The translations under genes and the position numbers were made by a program. 64,000 nucleotides of DNA from Sphyrna mokarran (Eukaryota). Location of the stretch: assembly GCA_024679065.1 (NCBI GenBank), contig JAGIQG010000006.1, positions 125,116,001 through 125,180,000 of the forward strand. Reading direction: 5' to 3'. Shown here one piece after another: positions 14,593 through 26,150 of this stretch (position 1 is the first letter of the stretch; every line of letters begins with the position of its first letter). Under the pieces are notes generated by a model. That model was not told the DNA's origin, ran no database searches, and worked only from the letters and a program-made list of their open reading frames with translations.

Positions 14593-14761
14593 GTGAAGTC
14601 CTGCAAGATGACTCGAGCAGGTTTAAAAGGCACTTCAACATTTTGGTGTTGTGTCACCTTCCAGTTCAGTATGTTTTCAACATCATCTTTTTTCACAAGG
14701 AAACAGTCACAGTTTCTGATTGCTGCTTCCAGGAGCACTCGGATGGAGAATGGTAAACGTG
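14593..14761 (-). CDS. ACO1: ACO1 coding exon (exon 3 equivalent): (A)[55 protein letters not shown](T)
   Basis: Manual translation, with [11 protein letters not shown] and [10 protein letters not shown] motifs. Acceptor tag at 14764-14762, donor GTAAGT, 169 nt. Confidence 0.97.
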
Positions 14762-15867
14762 CTATTGAAGCAAAGAGAAAAATAACTTAACAATCATCAC
14801 AGGCTATAAGTTACATGAGCAGAAGAATAAGCTTTTGAGAAACTGATGATGGTTAGGCACTTAGCAGCAGAATTAGTAAAGAAATAGTGAGATAGGAAAC
14901 AGTGGAAGAGTAACTTGTATTCATATAGCACCTTTACCTAAATAAAAGATTTGATTGGATTTATTAATGTTGCACATATTAGATACAGTGAAAAGTATTG
15001 TTTCTTGCATGGTATGCAGACAAAGTATACCACTCAGAGAAGGAAAGGAGACAGTGCAGAATGTAGTGTTACAGTCATAGCTAGGTTGTAGAGAAAGGTC
15101 AATTTAGAGTGGGGTAGGCCCATTCAAAAGTCTAATGGCAGAAGGAAATATTCCAGAGGTAAAAGGAGTTGTGTTCAATTCTTGGATACATCCCATGTCC
15201 CCAGAAACAAAGTTTAACGCTAAGTTACATAAGGAGATGATAGGACACATAACCAAAATAATGTTTGAAAAGGTAAATTTTCACCGCATTTTAATGGAAG
15301 AGAGATGAGTGTGGATACAGAAAGCTTTAGGGAGGGAATTCCAAAGCTGAGGGCCTTGACAGTTGAACCATATTGAAATGGTGAGGGTTGAACAGCCAAT
15401 GTGCTGATGCATCAAAAAGAGCATGCTGGCAATTACATTAAAGCTAATTCTTCATTGATGCTATTGGCTCAATCTCCAACAGATTATAAACAGACGCAGC
15501 TAGAGTCAGAAAATAATAATGAGTTTGTATCTCTGCAAAGCTAGGTGGAGAATAAACTTGCTGAATGTAAAAGACAAGTTCCCTCAATCATACACTAACT
15601 GTTAATATTAAGAGAGTTCCATAAAAAATATGTTTGCATTCACCAGATTTGTCATCAGACTACCAACCAGCAGATGCAGGAAAACCATTCTAATTAATAT
15701 ATTTTCTCAGGTCTGCCAACAGCTTTTTCTTGCATTTGCGACTGATGTAACTTGCGAAAAACAGGCAGATTAGGAAATTGCATATCATAGATAGTGGACG
15801 CTCCTTTTCCACGCAATAAAAATATTTTTACTACTTTGCACCACCATGCATCACTATTTAACTTTAG

Positions 15868-16245
15868 GGGAGGCATTGGCTTAGTGATTTTATCTCTGAA
15901 CTATTAATTCAAAAACTCAGCTGATGTTCTGGGAGACCCAAACTCGAATCCCACTGCGGCAGACAGTGGAATTTGAAAAAAAATCTGGCAGAATTTACAG
16001 AATACAAAATACAACAGAAGAATCCACTGATGAACATGAAACCAATGTTGATTGTCGGGAAAACCCATTTGGTTTATTAATGTCCTTTACAGAGTAAATC
16101 TGTTGTCTTTACCCAGTCTGGCCTACGTGACTCCAGAACTGCAACAGTGTGGCTTACTCCCAACTGGCCCTCAGGCAATTAGGGATGGGCAATAAATGCT
16201 GGCCAGCCAGAAATGTACATATTCCGTGAATAAATAGAAAAAAAA
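15868..16245 (+). mobile_element. tRNA-derived SINE (second family), near full length
   Basis: B-box-like aactcgaatccc, shared body, and ...gggcaataaatgctggccagcc...A-tail. Confidence 0.8.
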
Positions 16246-17349
16246 ATTGTTTTCCCGTTTTATATTTTGCTTTTATTTTGTACAGTGGTACAAAATCAAA
16301 TATGAATATTGAAACCAGCTTCTGGCGAATTCAGTCCTGACATCTGCACAAAGCCAAGCAGAATTCAAAATAAACCATATTATAGCAAATTATTGTTAAC
16401 GGTCTGTTGGTTGAGGATTTACTTGTACTCAGGTGGTGGGCATAAACTAGGGATTCACGTGTGTTCCTAGAAATAGGAACAGACTGAAACTTGCTGTTGG
16501 GTTTGCAGATGCACGCTTGTAATGTGCATCTTTGTGAATAATATCTTATGTGTGTAGAGACTGGGCTCCAGTTCCATCCTTCACTGCCTGCTTTTCTTAA
16601 CTAGAACCAATAGTGCCATCCTGCTATTACACAGTGGGCACAGTGGTAGCATTGCTGCCTCACAGCATCAGGGACCCTGGTTCGATTCCCAGCGCTGAGA
16701 GGCAGCAATGCTAACCACTTGCCCACTGTATGGAATCTACACATTTCCCCTGTGTCTATGTGGGTTTCCCCCGGGCGCTCCATTTCCTGCCACAGTCCAA
16801 AGATGTGCAGGTTAGGTGAATTGGCCAAGCTAAATTCTCCCTCAATGTACCCAAACAGGCGCCAGAGTACAGCGACTAGGGAATTTTCACAGAAACTTCT
16901 TTGCAGTGTGAATGTAACTGACTAATAAATAATATTTACTTTAACTTTAGCAATTTACACTTCTTAATCTCAAAAAATGCAAAAAAGATCCTAGAAGCAC
17001 TATCGAACAACATTTCGGTTTAAAAGGACAATACTGCCAGTTCATTTACTTATCTTCATATAAAAACACTGCAATCTTTTCACCGTCACAAGTTGCAAAG
17101 TGCACAGCAGAAGCATCATAATTCCTCAGATGTCAAGACTAATACTTAAGGGCAGCACTGCCTCCTTTATGCAATCTTAAGAGGGGCCTGTACCATTAGT
17201 CCCCAAAGCGTATATCTAGTGACAATCCAATTTAAAATTGCTGAATTCACCAAGATTGTTCAGTCGTCTCATGCCAATCTAAATATCTCCTCCACTCAAT
17301 GGATAAATTGTGATACACCTTCATGGAACGTTCAATGAGTTTTCCTCAC

Positions 17350-17449
17350 CATATCTCTCATCTTCTAATTTGGTCAGATTGTAGAACTTCTTTTCTTTCC
17401 AATCAGGATCAAGGGGTTCCAAGAGGTTGACGTAGGGATTTTTCACCAT
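17350..17449 (-). CDS. ACO1: ACO1 first coding exon: MVKNPYVNLLEPLDPDWKEKKFYNLTKLEDERY (whole exon 17350-17481)
   Basis: Aligns to the IRP1 N-terminus (MSNPFAHLAEPLDP...KKFFNLNKLEDSRY). The ATG at 17449 has a strong Kozak context (ACGATGG); a weaker in-frame ATG lies at 17458. Acceptor ttttag, donor G|GTGAGG. Confidence 0.93.
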
Positions 17450-19364
17450 CGTTAACATACCCAATGGACAAAACAGATCACCTAAAATATACAAACATTC
17501 CACACATTACAAAGTGACAACTGGGTTGGAGGACTTAGCGATTTACATAATGATTTGGTTTAGGCCGATTTTTGCGACAGAAATACTGTTAAATAGGTGT
17601 TACGCAATGCCAAATATTGTTTAACAATACTTTTGATGGTAAAGTGGATAAGATGAAAATTAGTCAACAGTATAGCTGACTTTGTCAGGAGAAAATAAAG
17701 GAATTAAAATGTAAACAAAACTGGTTATAAATCGAAGCCACCATCAATACAAAAGGCCATCAAGTTCTGCCCAGTGTTCAGTTCCACTCCTCAGATAGTG
17801 AAACAACCTGTGTATACATGCAGCAAGGAGGCCTGGACAATATCCAATCCAAGGCTGATAGCTGATCTGTACCTGTGACACTGTCAACCCACCTCAGTTT
17901 CACAACTCTCAGTATCCTTGCCTGCCAAACATCTGTTAATAAAAAACAGAAAGCACTGAAAAAATTCAGTTGGTCTGGCAGCAATTGTGGGGAGAGAAAC
18001 AAAAGTTAAGGGCCTAAATGTTTCAGATGGCATCCTTTCCTAGCATCAAAAGAGGCAGTGAGGATATCAGCCCCTTCCTCAAGAGGATGTCCCACCTTAG
18101 CGAGCTGCCAGCCAATCAACAAGAGCTCCAGTGGACAGATGAGGAGGCATTTGAAGATATCTTAATCTAAACCCTGGCACAGAGGACAAGGTAAGTTTTG
18201 GGGAGGGTGGTCCCAAGGTGGAGAAGGTAAGAAAGTCTTGGGGGGGGCCGGAAAGAGGCAAGTGGGCTGTCTGGAGATAGGCCAGTGGCAGGGTAGGGGA
18301 AGGTGGAGCAAGGTTCAGCAGCCACTGGTCTTGAAGTGCCCCGTCAGATGGGGGCTTCTGATAGAGAAGCATCAGGTGCACATGTTGCTTCCCCACCCTT
18401 CCCCGAAATCTGGGACTAGTCTTTTTCAGAATTCTCAGTTAAATCCTCCTGTCAGTCTAAAAATTGAAGTTGTAAGGGAGACGGCCCTTGAGTGTCCAGT
18501 TAAGTGCGAGAACAGGCTTCTTACGCAAAGCCTTGCTCACCCCAATGTAAGATCACTTGGTGACTTTCAACAAGATATCCCAACTAACTAACTGCAATGG
18601 ACCATGGTTATGTTAGCCTTGTACAGAATCTCAGACCACACTAGGTAAATCAAGTTTATATAGAATTTCATGTAGACAACACTAGTTAAATCAATTTGTG
18701 TAGCATCTCAAACTACACTAGTGAAGTCAAACTTATGCAGAATCTTAATTAGACCACACTTAGGAATACTATGAATATTTCTGTACATTACAAAAAGACG
18801 TGGAGATGCCGACATTGGTTGGGGTAAACACAGTAAGAAATCTCAATGCCAGGTTGGACTTTAACCTGGTGTTGTGAGACTTCCTACTGTTATTACATTA
18901 TAGAAAGGACAGAGAGACACTGGAGAAGGTGAAAACTAGATTTACAGAATGATCCCAAAAGTGAGGTTAAACTGATTAGGAAAAATTGAATTGGCTGAGG
19001 TAAAGATTGAGTGGTCAGTCAGAAGTCTTAGAGATTATAAAGGAGTTTGACACAATAAGCAGAAGGAAGATATTTGATTTATGGATGACCAGGACTATCA
19101 ATCTACAATAATCTCAATAAATCCAGCAGAGAATTCTGGAGAAACCTCAGTACACTGGGAGTATTTAGAATATGGAACTTGCTATCACTTGAATACCTGT
19201 GGCAAAATCATGGATACCTGTTTAACACAAAACTAGATAGGTACATGAGATAGAAAGGGATAGAAGGATATGCCTTCTATGAGACGAAAAGGGAGGGAAG
19301 AGGCTTGTATGGGACATAAATTGTCAGAATACACCAGGTGGGTCTGTTTGCTCTTTTCCCCTCA

Positions 19365-19500
19365 GCTCTGATGAAGGATCATCTAGACTCAAAACGTTGG
19401 CTTTATTCTCTCTCCATAAAGATGCTGTAAGACCTGCTGAGATTTTCCAACATTTTTCTGTTTTTGTTTCAGATTCCAGCATCTGCAGTATTTTGTGTTT
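19365..19500 (+). mobile_element. Penelope-like element 3' fragment
   Basis: ctctgatgaaggatcatctagactcaaaacgtt...agatgctgtaagacctgctgagattttcc motif. Also at ~1232, ~14415, ~29110-29340 (inverted pair), ~32530, ~41120 and ~56370. Confidence 0.7.
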
Positions 19501-21729
19501 ATCTGGATCTATTTCTGAGCTAAATCCTAAAGAATTCAATACCTCATCAACTTCTTCATTAACTTAAACAATTCAAGTTATAATCGTCTTAATACTCTCC
19601 TCAAGGGAGGCCTAGTTAATGAAATATCTACTTCCTTTTTTCATACTACCATCCAAATATACTCATTAGGAGCTGACTATGCATCAAACCTCAAATATAG
19701 ATACTGACTGGGGTCAGGGATGGAACTAAAATTTAAAATTTTAACCTGCCTTGCACAGCCAGGGTCTGTTGCTTCACACTACCAGGTTCGCATCCTGGCT
19801 TGGGTCACTGTCTCTGTAGAGTCAAAACATTATCTCCGTGTCTGTGTGTGTGTTTCCACTGGTTGTTCCAGTTTCCTCCTACAGTCTGAATACTGTCCAA
19901 TGCTGGTTAGGTGCATTGGTCATGTTAAATTCTCCCTCAGTGTACCCGAACAGGCACCGGAATGTGATGATTAGGGGATTTTCACAGCAAGTTCATTGCA
20001 GTGAAAATGTAAACCTACTTGTGACAGTCATAAATAAACTTACGAATCAATTCAAAGAAAAGCAGAACTTCTCCAAGTCAGGCCAGAAAGTTAACAATGA
20101 ATATGTACTGCACTAAACTTTCATAAACCGCTAAGCTGCACTAAATTCCAATTCCCTGAAAGAAAATAATGGAAGGAAAGAAACTAAAACATCAAAAATC
20201 ATTGCAAAATTTTCAATAATCTGTGCTGTACCAAAACAAAAAGTTGATAACTTTAGCATCACAATACTTTCCAAACTGATGCCCATGAGATCTGCAGTTA
20301 TATTGGTGTGTCTCGAGCCAGACACAACACACACTTCCAACAGCGTCTCAAGATCTGTGCAGCACATTTGTCAACTTATTCACATTAAACAACTTGCATT
20401 GATATTGTGCCTTATCACCAGCTAAAAATATGTTCAAGGCATTTCACAAGCCAATGACATACTTTTTTCTGTGTAATCACCTTTTACTAAGCAACCCAAA
20501 TGCACTCAACACATTCCCGAAAACAGCAAGTGAAGCTAATTACTTTTTGCTGCCTTTTGAAAAAAAATATTTAAGGGACAAAGGCATCACTGGCAAAGCC
20601 AGCTTTTATCATCCATTGCAAAGTGTCCTTGAGAAGGCAGCAATGAGTCACTTTCTTTAACTATAACAAGTCTGTGTGCGGGTGTGCCCACAGTGCTGTC
20701 AGGGAGGAAGTTTCAGAGTTTCACCCACAACACTGGTTGAGATGATTAGGAAAACTCTTTTTTTGAGGAGCACAATGCCTGCAGAAGGGCAGCACCCCCT
20801 GGGTACAACATTTCAAATGTGACTTTCCATAATGTGAACAGTGAGACTTTGAACAAACATACAGGAGAGAACGTACCAATCAACAGTTTTCCAATGAGTT
20901 CCCCACACACCAAGAAAGCAGAATCCTGCACCACTAAAGCTTATTTATTTATTTGTGTCACAAGTAGACTTACATTAACATCGCAATGAAGTTACCATGA
21001 AAATCTCCTAGTTACCACACTCCAGTGTCTGTTCGGGTACGCTGAAGAATTGAGTATGCCCAATGCACCTAACCAGCACATCTTTCAGACTGTGAGGAAA
21101 CTCACGCAGACAAGAAGAGAACTTGCAATCTCTGCACAGATTGTGACCCAAGCCGAGAATTGAACTCAGTTCCTTGGTGCTGAGAACCAGCAATGCTAAC
21201 CACTGCACCACAAAACAATTTGTTTGTGGCCAACTGATTTCAAATTCTTAGCATCACTGCACGTTTCAAATGAAGAAAATGTAAAAAGCAATGATTGGGA
21301 GACAGAAGTTCAAATTCCATGACATCAGCTAGGCAACTTAAATTTAGATAATGAAATAAATCTGGAATAAAAATTGCATTAGTAGTGATTACCATGAAAC
21401 TATTTGATTATCATACAGAAACCTAGTTCACTAATGCTCTTTAGGGAACAGAATGCTGTTCTTGCATGGTCTGAACTAACGCTTGAGATTGATAGCATGG
21501 TTGGCTATTTAAGTGCCTTCTAAAATGGCCTAGCAAGCCACTCAGTCACGCCAAGCGGCAATAACAAATTATAATAAGCAATGCACAAACAGCAGTTCAG
21601 GAAGGCTAACTTGTCATGAGCAACCTATGACAAGCAACAAATTCCAGTCTCGCCAGCGATGCCCACATTCCACGAACAAATATAACAAGAGAGACAGCCA
21701 CAAATTCAAAGCACACTTTGAATGTTTTC

Positions 21730-22340
21730 TTCAGAGCTTCAAGTTTCTCGGTGTTCAGATCACCAACAACCAGCCCAGGTCCCTGCATGCCAGCACTACA
21801 GTGAAGAAAGCCCACCAACGCCTCTACCTTCCCAGGTGGCTAAGGAAATTTGGCATGTCCACTACGACTCTTACCAACTTTTACAGATGCACCATAGAAA
21901 GTATTCTTTTTGGCTATATCACACCTTGGAATGGCTCCTGCTCTACTCAAGACTGCAAGGAACTAGCAAAGGTCATGAATGTAGCCCAATCCATCACACA
22001 AAACCAACCTCCCATTGATTCTGTCTAACTTCCCGCTGCTTCAGAAAAGCAGCCAAAGTAATCAAGGACCCCATACACCTCGACATAATCTCTTCCACTT
22101 TATTCCATCGGGAAAAAGATACAAGAGTCTGAGGTCACATATCAACTCACTAAAAAGCAACTTCTTCCTTCCTGCCGTCAGACTTTTGAATGGACCTACC
22201 TTGCACTAAGTTGATCTTTCTCCACTCCTTGCACTCTCTCCTTTCCTTCTCTATGAACCGTATGTTTTGTTTCTATAGCAGGCAAGAAACAATACTTTTC
22301 ACTGTGTACTAACATATGTAGCAATAATAAACCAAATATG
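21730..22340 (+). mobile_element. Rex1/Babar-type LINE 3' fragment
   Basis: SFKFLGVQITNN...VKKAHQRLY...LRKFGMSTTTLTNFYRCTIESIL...W.GSCS.QD, then F..IPSGKRYKSLRS, typical of the Rex1-clade C-terminus; degenerate. Confidence 0.85.
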
Positions 22341-23479
22341 GTTTATACATATAAACTTGCACCACGCGAATCATAACACTTAAAAAAAAATTTAGCAATC
22401 ACCTCTCAATCTGTTGGAATGACAAACCAGAAATTAATGGAATCTGTATCATCTACTGCTCCACAATGCTATTACAGAACTCTGATGATTTGTTTGTTTA
22501 AGAAAGTGAGATCTCAGATTTACTATACTGCAAGGTATCAAAAAGCATAGCTAGTTTATCGCCAGCTTAAACTTGTGGGTGTGTTGCTGATTCCTAACAC
22601 ATTCCTGTGCTTTATCATATACACAGACATTAAAGATTACTTTGTCAACTGTTTACATTTTTCACAGCAGAGGTGTCAATGTAGGCAAGTGATTCAGTCA
22701 AACTAAGCAAACATGGTATTGTACTGAACTCTGAGTAGCAATTAAAACAAGTCTGTACATTAACAACAGGTAGGCAGATTTCTTTTCACATTTCAGTATG
22801 TGAAAACCAAATTGAGAAAACTGACATAACACTTGATAAGCAGGTTGCACAACGATTTCCATTTAATTGGTAAAACTTGTTCTGGAGGTTCTAGCAAGGC
22901 TGAGTAACTTTACGGTGCAATACATACCTTAACTGTTGAAATCTTGACAAAGTGCATGCACTTTATTAATGTTGTTCTGAACTCTTAAGTAATGTCTAAA
23001 CCAGCAGTAAATACCCTTTATTAGATGTCAGAGTTTAGCAAGCAATCATTCCCAGTCATGTTTTACTATTTAAATATATAGCTAACAGCTATATCTATCA
23101 ACTGAAGATAGTCAATTGAACTCATAACATGACTAATTTACACTGCCTGAAGTGACATATATTCAAATACAGGAATTCGTTCTTTACACAAGTAACAGGT
23201 TTTAGCCTGTCACCTTTTTAGTTATTTGGGAGCCTATAGTTCCCTATTACACTCTGACCAAAGCATCACCATGCAGAAAGTATATCAAAACAATCAACAC
23301 CCTTTTCTCCTGTCATATAACTTGTTGTAATAGTTTGAAATTTGTTTTTCTTGTATTTGCCCTGATGAGCCCCAGGCGAAAAATTTCAGCAGCACATCTC
23401 TCTTCTCAGTAATATTTAAACATGAGTAAAATAAGATCAGTAAAAATTAGTCATTGCCCTCTCCCCTCTCCTGCTCCCA

Positions 23480-24200
23480 GGGAGCATATCTCAATGTCAA
23501 CAAAACAAAGGTGAGGGTCATCAAATTCAGGAAGCGTAGTAGACATGTCTTGTCTACATCAATTGGGACAAAGTAGAAACGGTCACAAACGACAAGTTTC
23601 TAGGTGTCCAGATAGCCAACAACCTATCCTCATCCCTCCATGCTGCAGTTAAGAAAGCCCATCAACGCTTCTACTTTCTCAGTATGTCTGCTACAACTCT
23701 CACCAACTTTTACAGATGCACCATAGAAAGCATTTTTTCTGGTTGTATTACAGCCTGGTATGACGTCTGCTCTGCCCAAGACTGCAAAAAAAAAACTACA
23801 AAGGGTCGTGAACAAAACCCAGTACATTATGTCACTCAGCCTCTCCTTCACTGAATCTGTGTGCACTTACTACGACCTTGGAAAAGCACCCAGCATAATC
23901 AAGGAGCCCATACACCTTGGGAATAATCTTTTCCATCTTCTTCCACCAAGAAAAAGATACAAAAGTGAGGTCATGTACCAACAATAGCTTCTTCCCTGTT
24001 GCCATCAGACTTTTGAATAGACTTACCTTGCATTAAGTCGATCTTTCTCTACACCCTAGTTATGACCGTAACACTACATTCTGCACTCTCTCATTTCCTT
24101 CACTATGTATGGTGTGCTTTGTCTGCAATAGCTCATAAGAAACAATGCATGTGACAATATATTCCAATATATGTGATCCTAATAAATCAAATCCAAAATA
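23480..24200 (+). mobile_element. Second Rex1/Babar-type LINE 3' fragment
   Basis: Same family as 21730-22340 (caccaacttttacagatgcaccatagaaag...ttccatcttcttccacc...aaaagatacaaaagt). Confidence 0.8.
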
Positions 24201-24539
24201 AGGTATTAATAAACAAGAAATGCTCCACCTGCATACCAATCGGCATAGGACTGATTATACAAACTCAATGGAATATGACTGAAACAAACCAACAAACTTG
24301 ATCCACCTAGCCAATGCTCCCTGGCAGGAAGGTTTGATTTACATAGAACTAACATTTGGAACTAACACCATCACAACACTGGCACTTTCCCAAAGCTCCA
24401 TCGAACGAAGGTCACAACACAACCCTCATACACATGCAGTTTGGCCAGTCCCCTGAACTGTTCCTGCATCATGACTCAAAATTTGCCTGTAATATTGCCA
24501 TTATACAGGAATATGCACTCTCTATGCCCTCCTGCAGGG

Positions 24540-25822
24540 CTGTCTACATAGCTGCCATTATACAGGGCTTTACTCCCAGCCCTGTGTGCACTGCTGCCAT
24601 TGTACAGGATCCTGCACTTTACCCCCAGACCTGATTGCATTGTTGCCATTGTACAAGACCCTGCAATTTACCCCAGCCCTGTCTGTATTGCTGCCATTGT
24701 ACAGGGCCCTGCACTTTACCCCCAGTCCTGTCTGCACTGCTGTCATCGCACAAGACCCTGCACTTTACCCCCAGTCCTGACTGCACTGCTGTCATTGTAC
24801 AGGACCCTGCACTTTACCCCCAGCCCTGTCTGCATTGCCATCATAGCACAGGACCCTGCACTTTACCCCCAGTCCTGTCTGCATTGCCGTCAGTGTACAG
24901 GACCCTGTACTTTACCCCCAGCCCTGTCTGCACTGCTATCATTGCACAGGACCCTGCACTTTACCCCCAGCCCTGTCTGCACTACTGTCATTGCACAGGA
25001 CCCTGCGCTTTTCCCCCAGCCCTGTCTGCACTGCTGTCATTGCACAGGACCCTGTACTTTACCCCCAGTCCTGTCTGCACTGCTGTCATTGCACAGGACC
25101 CTGTACTTTACCCCCAGCCCTGTCTGCACTGCTGTCATTGCACAGGACCCTGCACTTTACCCCCAGCCCTGTCTGCACTGCTGTCATTGCACAGGACCCT
25201 GCACTTTACCCCCAGCCCTGTCTGCACTGCTGTCATTACACAGGACCCTGTACCTTATCCCCCAGCCCTGTCTGCACTGCTGTCATTGCGGACCCTGTAC
25301 TTTATCCCCCCAGCCCTGTCTGCACTGCTATCATTGCACAGGACCCTGTACTTTATCCCCAGCCTGTCTGCACTGCTGTCATTGCACAGGACCCTGTACT
25401 TTATCCCCCAGCCCTGTCTGCACTGCATCATTGCACAGGACCCTGTACTTTTCCCCAGCCCTGTCTGCCTGCTATTCATTGCACAGGACCCTGTACTTTA
25501 CCCCCAGCCCTGTCTGCACTGCTGTCATTACACAGGACCCTGTACTTTCCCCCCAGCCCTGTCTGCATTGCTGTCATTGCACAGGACCCTGTACTTCCCC
25601 CCACCCTGTCTGCACTGCTATCATTGCACAGGACCCTGTACTTTATCCCCCAGCCCTGTCTGCACTGCTGTCATTGCACAGGACCCTGTACTTTATCCCC
25701 CCAGCCCTGTCTGCACTGCTATCATTGCACAGGACCCTGTACTTTATCCCCCAGCCCTGTCTGCATTGCTGTCATTACACAGGACCCTGTACTTTACCCC
25801 CCAGCCCTGTCTGCACTGCTAC
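24540..25822. repeat. 49-bp minisatellite, ~26 copies, in ACO1 intron 1; unit cctgtctgcactgctgtcattgcacaggaccctgtactttacccccagc
   Basis: Periodicity read directly (unit starts at 25021 and 25070). Degenerate copies extend left to ~24490. Confidence 0.97.
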
Positions 25823-25829
25823 CTTTGCC

Positions 25830-26150
25830 CGGAATCTTTCCTGCCGCCCCGCGAGCGGGCTCGGAAGAACAGAAAGAAAGATGTAAAAGGAGTATTGCTC
25901 GACGCGCCCAGCCCCGAGGGCAGTCAGTGTCACCGGTTCATTACCTTTTGCGGTGCGGGAGCACCGGCCGCAGCTTCACCAACAGCTGTCCCTCACCCAG
26001 CCGGCCCCCTGCGCGCATGCGTCCCGGCGGTGGCCCCCCCCCTCCCCCGCAGGCGCCGCGCGCATAGGCCCCGCCCACTCTCCGGCGTGATCGCGTCACG
26101 AGCCTGGATCAGCGTTTCCAACTGTCCCGGATTGTTCGGGGAGCCTCCAG
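25830..26150 (-). promoter_or_regulatory. ACO1: CpG island / probable ACO1 promoter and non-coding exon 1
   Basis: CpG-dense block in a CpG-poor background. GC box (ccccgccc ~26069), NRF1-like GCGCATGCG (~26013-26021), minus-strand donor CAAAAG|GTAATG at 25945/25944 (alternative TGG|GTGAGG at ~25997). Vertebrate ACO1 has a non-coding first exon. Confidence 0.8.

Noticed and set aside
24540-25822. CAGUGC (IRE loop hexamer) in most units on the ACO1 sense strand, suggesting IRP1 autoregulation
   Set aside because: The flanks GACAG and AGACA cannot form the 5-bp upper stem, so the C-bulge geometry of an IRE is absent. The sequence is also intronic, whereas IRP1 acts mainly in the cytosol.
24540-25822. 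CRISPR-like regular array
   Set aside because: Head-to-tail repeats with no unique spacers, no cas genes, and a vertebrate context.
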